Below are positions 21,865 through 33,303 of a stretch of DNA of 64,000 bases, one piece after another; within the stretch, counting starts at the first letter, position 1; every line of letters starts with the position of its first letter. The stretch is from an uncultured Bacteroidales bacterium (lineage in GTDB: Bacteria > Bacteroidota > Bacteroidia > Bacteroidales > UBA10428), in contig CAWDBX010000003.1 in the NCBI GenBank assembly GCA_963800645.1, positions 4,178-68,177 on the forward strand. Direction: 5' to 3'. The translations under genes were made by a program, and so were the position numbers. The notes beneath the pieces were generated by a model. That model did no database searches and had not been told where the DNA came from. It saw only the letters and a list, made by a program, of their open reading frames with translations.

Positions 21865-22818
21865 ATGAGAATCGGTATTGACATTTTAGGCGGAGATTTT
21901 GCCCCGGAGGCAACTGTTTGTGGCTGCCATCCTGGCTGCAAAAAGTCTTCCGGCAGATGCACGTCTGGTACTGATCGGCGATGAAACCGGCATCCGGTCG
22001 ATTTGTCAGCGTGAAAATTTTGATCCTTCGGTGTTTGACATTGTTCATACTACCGAGTTTATTGATATGGGAGAACATCCGGCCAAGGCCTTTGTCCAGA
22101 AGCCAAATGCCAGTGTGGTGATGGGTTTCAAAATGCTTGCCCAGCAGTGAAATTGAAGGCTTTGCCAGTGCAGGCAATACCGGAGCCATGATGGTAGGAG
22201 CCATGCAGGTCATCAAATCCATTCCCGGTGTCATCCGTCCCTGTATCGCTGCCACCGTGCCCACGAACCGGAGAGAAGCCGCTGCTGCTGCTCGATGTGG
22301 GTCTCAATCCCGATTGCAACCAGGATGAACTCAATCAGTATGCCATTCTGGGAGATATCTATGCCCGTCAGGTATTGAATATTGCCTCGCCCCGTGTAGG
22401 TTTGCTGAATATCGGCGAAGAGGAAGGCAAGGGAAATCTGGTTACCAAGGCAGCCTATCAGCTGATGAAAGATTCCCCGTTATTTAATTTTATTGGTAAT
22501 GTCGAAGGGAGTGATTTGTTTGGCGATAAGGCCGATATCATGGTATGTGACGGATTTGTGGGCAATGTCATGCTCAAGGAGGCTGAGGCCTTTTATACCA
22601 TGATCAGGAAGCGGAAAATCGTGGATGATTTCTTTGAGAAATTTAATTTTGTCAATTATGGCGGCACACCCATTCTGGGCATCAATGCTCCGGTGCTGAT
22701 TGCGCATGGCATTTCCAATGATGTTGCCATTAAAAACCTGATATTGCATACCGCAGAGGTTATTAAAGGAAATTTGTGCGAAAAAATTAAAGAAGCATTT
22801 AAAGAATGTCCCGAATAA
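21865..22818 (+). CDS. plsX: phosphate acyltransferase PlsX (about 3 frame breaks)
   Basis: [53 protein letters not shown] and [13 protein letters not shown] spread over ORFs 21899..22150, 22137..22328 and 22228..22818. Confidence 0.9.
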
Positions 22819-23785
22819 AAGCAGCAATTACAGGTGTTGGTGGTTATGTGCCGCCCTATGTTCTCAACAATGACGAATTGAGTAAAATGGTGGATACCAG
22901 CGATGAATGGATCATGCAACGAATCGGTATCAAGGAAAGAAGGATCCTGAAAGAGAAGGGGAAGGCCACTGCCTACATGGGAGCCAAAGCGGTGAAGGAA
23001 TTGCTGGAAAAAACCGGAACCGATCCGCTCGATATTCAGTTGCTGATTTGTGCCACCATCACACCCGACATGCATTTCCCGGCCACGGGCAACCTGATCA
23101 TGCGATAAGGCTGGCTTGACCAATGCTTTTAGTTTTGATATCGGCGCTGCCTGTTCGGGTTTTATATTTGCCCTTGAAACAGGCAGGCGGTTTATCGAAT
23201 CGGGAGCTTACAAAAAAGTAATTGTTGTCGGCGCAGATATGATGTCGGCCATTGTGGATTATGAAGACCGCACCACCTGTCCCCTTTTCGGTGACGGTGC
23301 CGGCAGCTGTGCTGCTGGAACCTGCAAGCGACGAGAACGGCATTATCGATTCCATACTTGGCCGCGGACGGCTCCGGGGTGAAACATCTGCACATGTACG
23401 CCGGAGGGTTCGCTGCACCCACCCACACATGAAACCGTGGATGCCAAACAGCATTATATTTTTCAGGAAGGCCAGGCCGTTTTTAAAATGGCCGTTTCCA
23501 AAATGTCGGATGTTTCGGTCGAGATCATGACACCGCAACAACCTTACCCATGAGGATATCAAATTTCTGGTTCCCCATCAGGCCAACATGCGGATCATTG
23601 AAGCCACGGCCCGGCGGATGGAAATCAGCAAGGACCAGGTAATGATCAACATTCAGAAATTCGGCAATACGACCGCCGCCACCATACCCTTGTGTTTATG
23701 GGATTATGAAAAACAGCTGAAAAAAGGGGATAACCTCATTCTTGCTTCTTTCGGGGCCGGGTTTACCTGGGGTTCCATTTACTGA
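22806..23785 (+). CDS. fabH: 3-oxoacyl-ACP synthase III (several frame breaks)
   Basis: [38 protein letters not shown] (active-site Cys), [20 protein letters not shown] and [10 protein letters not shown]. Confidence 0.9.
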
Positions 23786-23987
23786 AGTGGTCCTACGATC
23801 CAAAATAAATTTGCATTTGTTTGCGTTATTAGACCTGCGAAGTATCAAGACCCTCACAGGGTTTTATTCTTTTCATTAAAACCTGCAACATATGTGGACA
23901 TCATATTCAGTAATGTTTATCTTTGTTAGCACAGTAGAGACGCAAGCATATTGCTCCCTGTATTCATTATCCTTTAAAAATAGACAA

Positions 23988-24395
23988 ATGGCAAAAATAA
24001 TTGAAACTGAAAACAATGTAATCAATCAGATCGGGGTTGGCACTGAAATAACCGGTGATGTATCCACCAAAGTGATATCCGCTTCGACGGCGTGCTTACT
24101 GGTAATCTGAAAACCAAAGGTAAAGTGGTTATCGGCGAAACCGGGTCGGTGAAAGGTGAGATCAACTGTAAGAATTCAGTGGTGGAAGGAAAGGTGGAAG
24201 GAAAGATTTCCGTTGCGGAATTGCTTACCCTGAAAGCCACCTCCTCCCTTACCGGGTGATATTGTTACCCGCAGGCTGGCCATTGAACCAGGTGCAAAAT
24301 TCAGCGGTAATTGCAGTATGTGCCTGAAACCTCCACCGCACAATGGTGGAAAAGAAACTGACAAACCCGGAGAAGACAGCAAAAAGCCTAAGTGA
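23988..24395 (+). CDS. bactofilin-type polymer-forming cytoskeletal protein (frame breaks; 3' end uncertain, as drawn it overlaps the next gene)
   Basis: IGVGTEITGD, RFDGVLTGNLKTKGKVVIGETGSVKGEINCKNSVVEGKVEGKISV and LAIEPGAKFSGNC are beta-helix repeat patterns typical of bactofilins. Confidence 0.65.
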
Positions 24396-24582
24396 TTACG
24401 CCAAGTATTCGAACCTGGCATTTCAGATGATCGCCATAATCCTGGTTGGGGTTTTTGGCGGCATAAAAATTGACAAATGGCTCAAACTGTCATTTCCGGT
24501 TTTTACGGTTGTACTTTCTTTTTTGTCAGTTATATTCGCGCTCTATTATGTGCTGAAGGATTTTATTCGCATGAAAAAATAA
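24343..24582 (+). CDS. AtpZ/AtpI-like small membrane protein
   Basis: Intact 79 aa with two TM helices: YSNLAFQMIAIILVGVFGGIKIDKWL. Located at the head of the atp operon. Confidence 0.7.
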   Translation: MVEKKLTNPEKTAKSLSDYAKYSNLAFQMIAIILVGVFGGIKIDKWLKLSFPVFTVVLSFLSVIFALYYVLKDFIRMKK

Positions 24583-24586
24583 TGGC

Positions 24587-25000
24587 ATGGATTCCGGATT
24601 AAGAAAAACAGTATCGGGACTGATCCTGCTTTCGGCAGCGCTGTTCCTGACTGGCCTCATCCTGTTCAAAACCTTATTCCCTCCTGGTATTTCGGGTTCT
24701 TTCCCTTTCTGGTCCTGATATTTTTCCTGGTGAACTTGGATTTTTTGTTTTTTTCTACCGTTCCCTTCGTGGTTCCAACAATCAGTTTGTCCGCAGCTTT
24801 ATGCTCACTACGGTTTTAAAACTGATGATTTACCTTACCTTGGTTTTGCGTATATGTGCTGGCTTCCCAAAATCAGCCGTTCCCTTCTCGGTTACCCTTT
24901 CACTACTGTATATTGCCTATACTGCCTATGACTCTTGGTGATGATCGTTCTGGTAAAACGCAGGAAAGAAAATACCCCTGCACCAAATCAATTTTCAAAT
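24587..25000 (+). CDS. hypothetical multi-TM protein in the atp operon leader (frame-broken)
   Basis: Hand translation: MDSGLRKTVSGLILLSAALFLTGLILF..., later ..LKLMIYLTLVL... Hydrophobic throughout, no motif. Confidence 0.3.
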
Positions 25001-25034
25001 TAGTTGTTTATATTTATGGCCACATTTTTAGGAT

Positions 25035-26170
25035 ATGCACAGAACGATTTGTAAGGCTTTATTGTGGGTGTCATTATTGCTTTTGTGGGCGAACAGCGGA
25101 TTTGCAGCACCGCAAAGCGGAGAGGAACATACCGCGGACAGTGCAGTGGTCGGGCACGAGGCGGAAACAGGCGAACATCAGACGGAAAAACTAAATCCCG
25201 GCGAATTTATTTTCGACCACATCAATGACGCGCACGAATGGCATCTCATGACCATCGGACACACCCATGTCAGCATACCCCTGCCTGTCATTCTTTACAG
25301 TAAGACCAAAGGCCTGAATGTATTCATGTCCTCGAAATTCAAACATGGACAGGCATCCTACAAAGGATTCCGCCTTGAGACCGAGGGAGAAAACAAGAAC
25401 AATATTACCGATGAAGATGGCACCGCCCCGGTGGACCTTTCCATCACCAAGAATATAGCTGGCCATGTTCTTTGGCGTTTTTCTGATTTTATTGATATTT
25501 CTGTCCATGGGCAAGCTTACCGGAAAAATCCGGTCAGCGCACCAAGTGGCCTGCAGTCATGGTTCGAACCGATCATTGTGTTTCTCCGCGATGAAGTCAT
25601 CAAACCTGCTATCGGTCCCAAATATGAGCGTTATACGCCCTATTTGCTTACCCTTTTCTTTTTTATCTGGATCAACAACATGCTGGGACTGATCCCCATC
25701 CCTCCTGCCGGCGCAAACCTTACCGGTAACATTGCCGTAACCCTTACCCTGGCTGTTTTTACCTTTGTCATCACCAACATCAGCGGCACACGTGAATACT
25801 GGAAGCATATTTTCAATACCCCCGGTGTGCCCTGGTGGCTTAAAGCTACCCATACCCATCATGCCCCTGGTTGAAGTTCTGGGTGTCATTACCAAGCCGT
25901 TTGTGCTGATGATCCGACTTTTTGCCAACATCACGGCGGGACACATTATTGCCGATGGGATTTATCACCCTGATCTATATTTTCGCTGAAATGTCGACCG
26001 GTATGGCCTACGGCGTTTCCATTATTTCCGTATTGTTCAACGTTTTCATTATCTTCCTTGAATTGTTGGTGGCCTTTATCCAGGCTTTTATTTTCACTTT
26101 TCTGTCATCCATTTATTTTGGCCTGGCCGTTGAGGAGCATCACGAGGAACATCAGAAAGAACATGCATAA
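25035..26170 (+). CDS. atpB: F0F1 ATP synthase subunit a (about 3 frame breaks)
   Basis: FFFIWINNMLGLIP, PFVLMIRLFANITAGHII (conserved Arg helix) and LELLVAFIQAFIFTFLSSIY across ORFs 25035..25874, 25765..25989 and 25922..26170. Confidence 0.88.
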
Positions 26171-26185
26171 GTTTTTGTTTATTAA

Positions 26186-26452
<267 letters not shown>

Positions 26453-26460
26453 TTTTTTAA

Positions 26461-26496
26461 CCGGGACACGCACGATTGGTGCGTATCCCGGTTTTA
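26461..26496 (+). terminator. stem-loop plus T run directly after atpE (intra-operon attenuating terminator candidate)
   Basis: ccgggacacgcac-gatt-ggtgcgtatcccgg (12 of 13 bp paired) followed by ttttaatt. Confidence 0.55.
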
Positions 26497-26519
26497 ATTG
26501 AATTTTAAACACCAAATAT

Positions 26520-27003
26520 ATGGATCTGCTGATTCCCGAAGTCGGAACAATATTTTGGACGTTGATTGTCTTTTCAATTGCTTTTTTCATACTGGCGAAA
26601 TTTGCATGGAAACCCCTGTTGAATGCGCTCAAAGAGCGGGATAACTCCATTGCCCAGGCTTTGCAGGCTGCAGAAACGGCAAAAAAAGAAGTAGCCAGCT
26701 GCATGCCGAAAGTGAAAAGATTCTGGCTGAAGCCAAAGCCGAACGCGACAAAATCCTTCAGGAAGCCCGTGAATTCAAAGAAACGCTGTTGAGCGACGCC
26801 CGCGAACAGGCCAAAAAGGAAGGCATAAAATGATTGAAGATGCCAGGGAGGCCATTAAAAACGAACGGGCTGCTGCCATCCAGGAAATTAAGAAACAGGT
26901 TTCCGAACTTTCCGTTGCCATTTCCGAAAAAATTCTTTTGCAGGAACTTTCCGATCCGGCCAAACAAAAGGAAATCATTGAGAAATCACTGAGTGGATGT
27001 TAA
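26520..27003 (+). CDS. atpF: F0F1 ATP synthase subunit b (two frame breaks)
   Basis: MDLLIPEVGTIFWTLIVFSIAFFILAKFAWKPLLNALKERD, then a charged coiled region (AEAKAERDKILQEAREFKE...) in shifted frames. Confidence 0.8.
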
Positions 27004-27034
27004 ATTCAACTGACCTCTGACCATCTATTAACCG

Positions 27035-27586
27035 ATGAACGAAAGCAAAATATCTGTCCGTTACGCAAAAGCGCTTTTTGGCATTGGCGAAGGAGGCCAA
27101 GTCCTTTGAACTGCTGAAAAAGGACATGGAATTGCTTTACCAGTGCATCCGGGAGATTCCCGAACTTCAGTTTGTAATTCAGAGCCCGGTCATCAAGGTC
27201 AGTGAAAAAATCCGGCTTTTCAATGAAATCGTTCCGGAATTCATTTGATCCGCTCACCCTTTCATTTATCAACCTGGTGCTTGAACAACGCCGGGAAGAA
27301 TACCTGGCCGGTATTTCGCGGTATTTTCTCGATCTGCTGAGAACCGAGCAGGGTATACAAGCCGGCTGAGATCGTTACTGCCGTTCCGCTGGATGAAAGC
27401 TTGCGTCAGTCGATATTACAACTGATTGCTGCGAAATTCAATGTGCGCCGGGTTGAACTGAACGAAACCGTGGACGAGAAGCTGATCGGCGGTTTTGTTC
27501 TCCGGGTGGGTGATCAGCAGATGGATGCCAGCATCTCCAGTAAGTTGAAACGCATTCAAAAAGAGTTAATTAATTCACATTCCTGA
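27035..27586 (+). CDS. atpH: F0F1 ATP synthase delta subunit (several frame breaks)
   Basis: MNESKISVRYAKALF at the start. C-terminal ORF 27401..27586 has KLIGGFVLRVGDQQMDASISSKLKRI, the OSCP/delta signature. Confidence 0.8.
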
Positions 27587-27610
27587 TAATATTTATTAAA
27601 TTAAGATAAC

Positions 27611-29155
27611 ATGTCGGCGCTTAAACCATCAGAAGTATCAAAGATTTTAAAACAACAACTACAGGGAATTGATACCAGGGCCCAGCTTGATGAGATCGGA
27701 ACGGTATTGCAGGTGGGTGATGGCATTGCCAGGATCTATGGCATGTCAAATGTTTGCTCCAATGAGCTGATCGAATTCGAAAGCGGGGTCCGCGGAATAG
27801 TGCTGAACCTCGAAGAAGACAATGTCGGAGCTGTTTTACTGGGTGCATCTGACAAGATCAAGGAGGGGGACACAGTGAAACGTACCGGCAGGATTGCTTC
27901 CATCAAGGTAAGCGAAGGCATGCTCGGCCGTATCATCAACACCCTGGGTGAACCCATCGACGCCAAAGGTCCGATTGTAGGAAAAACCTTACGAAATGCC
28001 TTTTGAACGTAAAGCGCCCGGCGTTATTTTCCGTCGTCCGGTGAACGAGCCCCTGCAAACAGGTATTAAGGCCATCGACGCCATGATCCCCATCGGAAGG
28101 GGACAGCGTGAGCTGATCATCGGTGACCGGCAGACCGGAAAATCATCCATTGCCATGGATACCATCATCAACCAGAAGGAATTTTACGACAGGGGAGAAC
28201 CTGTTTATTGCATCTATGTAGCCATCGGACAAAAAGGATCCACGGTGGCCAACATCGCCAAAACACTGGAGAACTTATGGTGCCATGCCTTATACCGTTA
28301 TTGTGGCGGCTACAGCTTCCGATCCGGCTGCCTTGCAGTTTTATGCCCCATTTGCCGGTTGCTGCCATCGGAGAATATTTCAGGGACACCGGCCGTGCAG
28401 CGCTGATCATTTATGACGACCTTTCCAAACAGGCCGTTTCGTACCGTGAAGTTTCACTGCTGCTTCGCCGTCCCCCGGGACGTGAAGCCTATCCGGGTGA
28501 TGTATTTTACCTGCATTCCCGTTTGCTGGAACGTGCGGCCAAGATCATCAACAACGATGAGATCGCCGCCAGGATGAATGACCTGCCCGATTCGATAAGA
28601 CCTATCGTCAAGGGAGGTGGTTCACTCACCGCACTGCCCATTATTGAAACCCAGGCAGGTGACGTTTCAGCCTATATCCCCACCAACGTGATCTCCATCA
28701 CCGACGGACAGATATTCCTCGAAACCAACCTCTTCAACTCCGGTATCCGGCCGGCTATCAACGTAGGGATATCAGTATCCCGCGTGGGTGGATCCGCCCA
28801 GATCAAATCGATGAAACGGGTTGCCGGTACCCTGAAACTCGACCAGGCCCAGTTCCGTGAACTGGAAGCCTTTTCAAAATTCGGTTCCGACCTCGATGCT
28901 GCAACCCTGGCGGTGCTCGATAAAGGATCCAAGAACGTGGAAATCCTGAAACAGCCCCTGCACAGTCCCTTTTCCGTTGAAAAACAGATTGCCATTATTT
29001 TTTGTGGAACCCGCGGCCTGCTTGCCGAAGTTCCTGTAGATAAGATCAAGGAATTTGAGGAAGAATTTCTGAGTCTTCTTGAACTCAAACATAAAAACAT
29101 TCTGACTACACTGAAAGAAGGCAAACTGACTGAAGAAATTGAGAAGCAAACCTGA
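27611..29155 (+). CDS. atpA: F0F1 ATP synthase alpha subunit (at least 2 frame breaks)
   Basis: [47 protein letters not shown] (Walker A), [46 protein letters not shown] and [23 protein letters not shown]. Confidence 0.93.
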
Positions 29156-29231
29156 CGGATATCGCCAAGGAAATCGTGGAACGGATGAAATAATTGGATT
29201 TTTGATGTTGTTGCATTTTGTTTAACGCACT

Positions 29232-30118
29232 ATGGCCAACCTTAAAGAAATACGGATTCGTCTGAATTCGGTGAAATCGACCCGGCAGATCACCAGTGCC
29301 ATGAAAATGGTATCGGCTGCCAAACTGCGCAAGGCACAGGAATCGATTCTTCAGCTCAGACCGTTTTATGTCAAACTGGATTCGCTGATAAAACACGTTA
29401 ATGCCGGATTAGAGGAGGGTCATGAAAATATCTTCGGCCGGACAAACGATGCCGGCCGTGTGCTGATCGTGGTCATTACTTCCAACAGGGGCCTTTGCGG
29501 AGCCTTTAATGCGAACATTGTGAAAAGGACAATACAGTGCATCCATCAGCAATATGCGGAAGCGTACCATGCCGGGAAACTGGATATCATTGCCATCGGG
29601 AAAAAGGGCGCTGACCAGCTCAAATCAAAGAACTACAGGATTGCGTCCACCCACCACCAGCTGTTTGACAAACTGAACTTTGAACAGGCGGTGCAGCTGG
29701 CCAACGTCAGCTCATGGATGATTTCGTCAAAGAAAAATACGGTATTATAAAGCTTATTTACAATCAGTTCCGAAATGCTGCCGTACAGGACGTTGCGGAG
29801 GAATTTTTCCTTCCCCTGCTGCAAAGCCATGAAACAGAAGACCGGTATGAATCACGGATGGATTATATTTTCGAACCCTCCGAGACCGAAATTCTGGATG
29901 AAATGATCCCCTATACCCTGAGAATTCAGTTTTTCAGAGCCCTGCTCGAATCGAATGCCTCAGAACACGGGGCCCGTATGACCGCCATGCATAAGGCCAC
30001 CGACAATGCCACAGAACTCATCCGTGAACTTGAACTCCATTACAATAAAGCCCGTCAGGCCGCTATCACCAGCGAGATCCTCGAAATTGTGGGAGGAGCT
30101 GAAGCCCTGAAGAAGTGA
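29232..30118 (+). CDS. atpG: F0F1 ATP synthase gamma subunit (one frame break near 29720)
   Basis: [49 protein letters not shown] and [21 protein letters not shown]...[15 protein letters not shown]. Confidence 0.9.
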
Positions 30119-30165
30119 CGGGCTGCAATTGACGCCTGCCTGCCGGCAGGCAAGCGTTACAAATT

Positions 30166-31605
30166 ATGGTTACTGCTACAGCCACTTCGTCCGCCACTTC
30201 CCAAAAAACCCGCTGGCTACAGGTATTGCCCTTCTTTATTTTCTTCCTCCTGTTATTTGCCTTCACCTGCCGTCTTCCTTTTTTCTGGGACAAGGACATT
30301 TTGTTCTCAAAAATAGCCTTCTGGTTCCTGGATCATGGTTTTAGCCTGTCGTTGCCGAATGACCTGGACGGGGGATATCCTCCCGCGCTGGGCTATCTCC
30401 TGGCGTTTACCTGGAAAATAACCGGTAAGAGTCTGTTTTCCGCTCATCTGCTCATGCTTCCCTTCACGCTGGGCATGGTATGGCAAACCAGGAATCTGCT
30501 GGATCATTTTCTCGGCGGCCGGTACATCGTACCCGCCATGGTGCTGATGTTTGCCGATACTACCCTCCTGACCCAGACCGTTGTATTTTCTACCGATCTG
30601 GTCATGCTGTTTTTTGCCCTGCTGGCGCTCAACTGCATCATCCATGGCCGCAGGGGGCTGCTGGCCATTGCACTGGCAGGGATACTCTTTTCACATCTCC
30701 GCGGTCTCATGATTGCAGCCGCGCTGGGCTTAACAGACCTGTACCTTTACCCCGGCCGGAAAAACCTTCGTACCCTGTTTCAACTCGCCTTCCCTTACCT
30801 GCCGGCGCTTCTGCTGTTCGCCACCTGGATGCTTGTTCACTATTACCGTACCGGGTGGTTCTTGTATCATCCGGCATCTCCCTGGGCCGGGTGCTATGAG
30901 GTGGTCGACGCGAAAGGACTGGTCAGGAATACAGCCATTCTCGCATGGCGCTTGGTCGATTACGGAAAGCTGTTTCTGTGGATCGTTCCGGTTCTGGCCC
31001 TTTTCCGGTACAGCCGGAAGGATCTGATCACTGACCCGGTGATAAAACTGCTGCTGTGGCTGATGATGCTGATTTTATTGTTCAGCGCCCCCACCATGCT
31101 GATCTATAAAATCCTGAACGGCCACCGGTATCTGATCCCTTTCTACTATGTCCTGTCGCTGCTGGCAGTCTATCTGCTTTTCATAAATCCCGGATTTCCG
31201 GGCATACGGAAAACACTTGCGGCATGCGTTCTCGCCGGTCTTATCAGCGGCAGTTTCTGGGTTTATCCCGGTAAAATTGCCAATGGCTGGGATGCTACCC
31301 TGGCGCATCTTCCCTATCATGCGCTCCGGCATAAAATGATCGGTTATCTCGACGATCATAAGATCCCGTTCAGTACCGTTGGGACCGAAGTTCCCAATAC
31401 TGCGGCCATCCGGTATGTGGACGTGAATGACGATGGAAGGATCTTCCCGCACGCCGATCTGGAGCAGCACGCGTATATTTTTTACTCCAACGTTTTCAAC
31501 ATGTTTACCGATGAGGAAATTGATGCATTGAACACCAAATGGGTGGTGGAAAAAGAATTCCGTTGTCTGCAGGTGTATGTGAGACTTTACAGGAAAGCGG
31601 AATGA
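30166..31605 (+). CDS. multi-pass membrane protein, GT39/ArnT-like glycosyltransferase candidate
   Basis: Intact 479-aa ORF with 10 or more hydrophobic helices. N-terminal FFWDKDILFSK...GYPPALGYLL resembles the GT-C lipid-linked sugar transferase loop. The function call is tentative. Confidence 0.55.
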   Translation: MVTATATSSATSQKTRWLQVLPFFIFFLLLFAFTCRLPFFWDKDILFSKIAFWFLDHGFSLSLPNDLDGGYPPALGYLLAFTWKITGKSLFSAHLLMLPFTLGMVWQTRNLLDHFLGGRYIVPAMVLMFADTTLLTQTVVFSTDLVMLFFALLALNCIIHGRRGLLAIALAGILFSHLRGLMIAAALGLTDLYLYPGRKNLRTLFQLAFPYLPALLLFATWMLVHYYRTGWFLYHPASPWAGCYEVVDAKGLVRNTAILAWRLVDYGKLFLWIVPVLALFRYSRKDLITDPVIKLLLWLMMLILLFSAPTMLIYKILNGHRYLIPFYYVLSLLAVYLLFINPGFPGIRKTLAACVLAGLISGSFWVYPGKIANGWDATLAHLPYHALRHKMIGYLDDHKIPFSTVGTEVPNTAAIRYVDVNDDGRIFPHADLEQHAYIFYSNVFNMFTDEEIDALNTKWVVEKEFRCLQVYVRLYRKAE

Positions 31606-31694
31606 GGGTCTGCGCCCGGAGAGCCGCGCCTGCACACGGATCACCGGAGGAGTCACCCGGCCGGATGGCAGGTTTCCCTTTTTTATAAAATTGC

Positions 31695-31720
31695 TGTAAC
31701 TTTATCTCCTCTCAATCGTC
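31695..31720 (+). promoter_or_regulatory. ECF-type promoter candidate (TGTAACTTT-N-CGTC) upstream of the sigma gene
   Basis: TGTAAC at 31695-31700 and CGTC at 31717-31720 (16-nt spacer), 25 nt before the ATG. The same motif and spacing occur at 33237-33262. Confidence 0.45.
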
Positions 31721-31744
31721 ATACCTCCGAAGCCGGATTTTCAA

Positions 31745-32230
31745 ATGACTGTTGCCGAATACAACAAAAGCGTGGATGATTACTCCGACGGAGTTTACCG
31801 CTTTATCCTCAAGAACATTAAAAATGAGGAAAAAGCGCGTGATGTCGTACAGGATACTTATGAAAAGCTCTGGCTGAAGATTGAGGAAGTTACGGCTGCC
31901 AAGGTGAAGTCGTATTTGTTCACTTCAGCCTATCATACCATGATCGATATGATCCGCAAAGAAAAAAGGATAACCGGTTTTGAGGCCGAAAAGCATGACC
32001 GGCAGGCACCTGCCGGGCATTACACAGGACTGTCGCAAATCCTGGAGGAAGCAGTCGGCAGGTTACCAGCCGATCAGCGAAGTGTCATCATGCTGCGGGA
32101 TTACGAGGGTTACTCGTACGAAGAAATTTCCGCCATTACCGGTCTCACGGAATCGCAGGTCAAGGTTTATATTTTCAGGGGCAGGCTGTTCCTGAAGAAT
32201 TACATTGGCAGTATCGAAGCAGTAATATAG
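31745..32230 (+). CDS. ECF (sigma-70 group 4) RNA polymerase sigma factor
   Basis: Intact: VQDTYEKLW (region 2) and LPADQRSVIMLRDYEGYSYEEISAITGLTESQVKVYIFRGR (region 4 HTH). Confidence 0.9.
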   Translation: MTVAEYNKSVDDYSDGVYRFILKNIKNEEKARDVVQDTYEKLWLKIEEVTAAKVKSYLFTSAYHTMIDMIRKEKRITGFEAEKHDRQAPAGHYTGLSQILEEAVGRLPADQRSVIMLRDYEGYSYEEISAITGLTESQVKVYIFRGRLFLKNYIGSIEAVI

Positions 32231-32236
32231 GGAATA

Positions 32237-33232
32237 ATGACCATCAACAGCAACAATTTTGAAGCCTACCTGCTGGATTATCTCGAAGGTAATCTGGATC
32301 CCCTGCTTACAGCCGATCTTATGGCATTTTTGGCTGAAAATCCGGACTTTGAAAAATTTATTCCGGATTATGACAGTCGTTTGTCCCTTTCCGATACGCA
32401 GGAATATCCTCATAAAAACCATCTGAAAAAAGGATTCGGGGACCTTCCGGAAATCACCCCGGGAAATTTCGATGAGTTTTGCATAGCTGACTGTGAAGGC
32501 TTGCTGGACGATCAGGAAAGGATGCGCCTTTCGGACTATATTGCACAGGAGCCCGGCAGGCAGCGAGAACTTGATCTGTACCGGAAAATAAAACTACAGC
32601 CTGATCTGTCCCTGCAATTCACCGGTAAGGCCTTGCTGAAAAAGCCCCGGGCCGGATCCGTTGCCCTCAGGTATTTTTACTATGCGATGGGAGTTGCTGC
32701 CTCCGTTGCACTGCTCATCATGCTGGTGATTCAAAGGCCCGCGGAATCAACCTATACCGAAGCGATTCCTGTACAAAGGGTTCAACCGCTAAGCATTCAA
32801 TACCCGGGGTCACTAAAGGCAAAGGAACCTCAGGAAAAATCAGTGTCCCCGGCTCCGGCGCCTTTGCCCGTGAACGAACCGCAATCGCGTAACACGGGCC
32901 CTTCCCTGGCCACCCTTGAACCCATATCGGATGTTAACCTCCAGGCAACGGTCAGACCTCCCCGAATGGCGAACCAGCTTTCACCCGCGCAGTATCCCGG
33001 GGTCGGGGAATCGTCCCGGGAATATTCCTCCGATTCCTTCGCCAATACCCGTTTAGGGGCTCTGTTGAACCGGGTGGATTTTTGGAAGACTGCCGAAACC
33101 GCCATTTCCGGATTTAATTATCTGACCGAATCCCAATTATCGGTAGGTAAAACCACTGACGAAAGCGGCAGGTTTTCCGGTGTACAGATCGAAGTGGAAA
33201 GTTTTGCGATAACCGGAAATAAAATTAAATAG
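32237..33232 (+). CDS. putative anti-sigma factor / single-pass membrane protein
   Basis: Starts 7 nt after the sigma gene. N-terminal FEAYLLDYLEGNLDP pattern, one TM (YYAMGVAASVALLIMLVI), Pro/Ser-rich C-terminal half. Confidence 0.5.
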   Translation: MTINSNNFEAYLLDYLEGNLDPLLTADLMAFLAENPDFEKFIPDYDSRLSLSDTQEYPHKNHLKKGFGDLPEITPGNFDEFCIADCEGLLDDQERMRLSDYIAQEPGRQRELDLYRKIKLQPDLSLQFTGKALLKKPRAGSVALRYFYYAMGVAASVALLIMLVIQRPAESTYTEAIPVQRVQPLSIQYPGSLKAKEPQEKSVSPAPAPLPVNEPQSRNTGPSLATLEPISDVNLQATVRPPRMANQLSPAQYPGVGESSREYSSDSFANTRLGALLNRVDFWKTAETAISGFNYLTESQLSVGKTTDESGRFSGVQIEVESFAITGNKIK

Positions 33233-33236
33233 CGCC

Positions 33237-33262
33237 TGTAACTTTCCGTCTTCCTGAACGTC
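33237..33262 (+). promoter_or_regulatory. second ECF-type promoter candidate (TGTAACTTT-N-CGTC)
   Basis: TGTAAC at 33237-33242 and CGTC at 33259-33262 (16-nt spacer), 42 nt before the ATG at 33304. Confidence 0.4.
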
Positions 33263-33303
33263 CGACTGATAAATCCAATGTTTAAACTTTAAATCATAAT
33301 ACG

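Noticed and set aside
22480-23562. Minus-strand ORFs 22480..22827, 22656..23123 and 23098..23562 antisense to plsX and fabH.
   Set aside because: The plus strand carries unmistakable PlsX and FabH motifs. The antisense ORFs are by-products.
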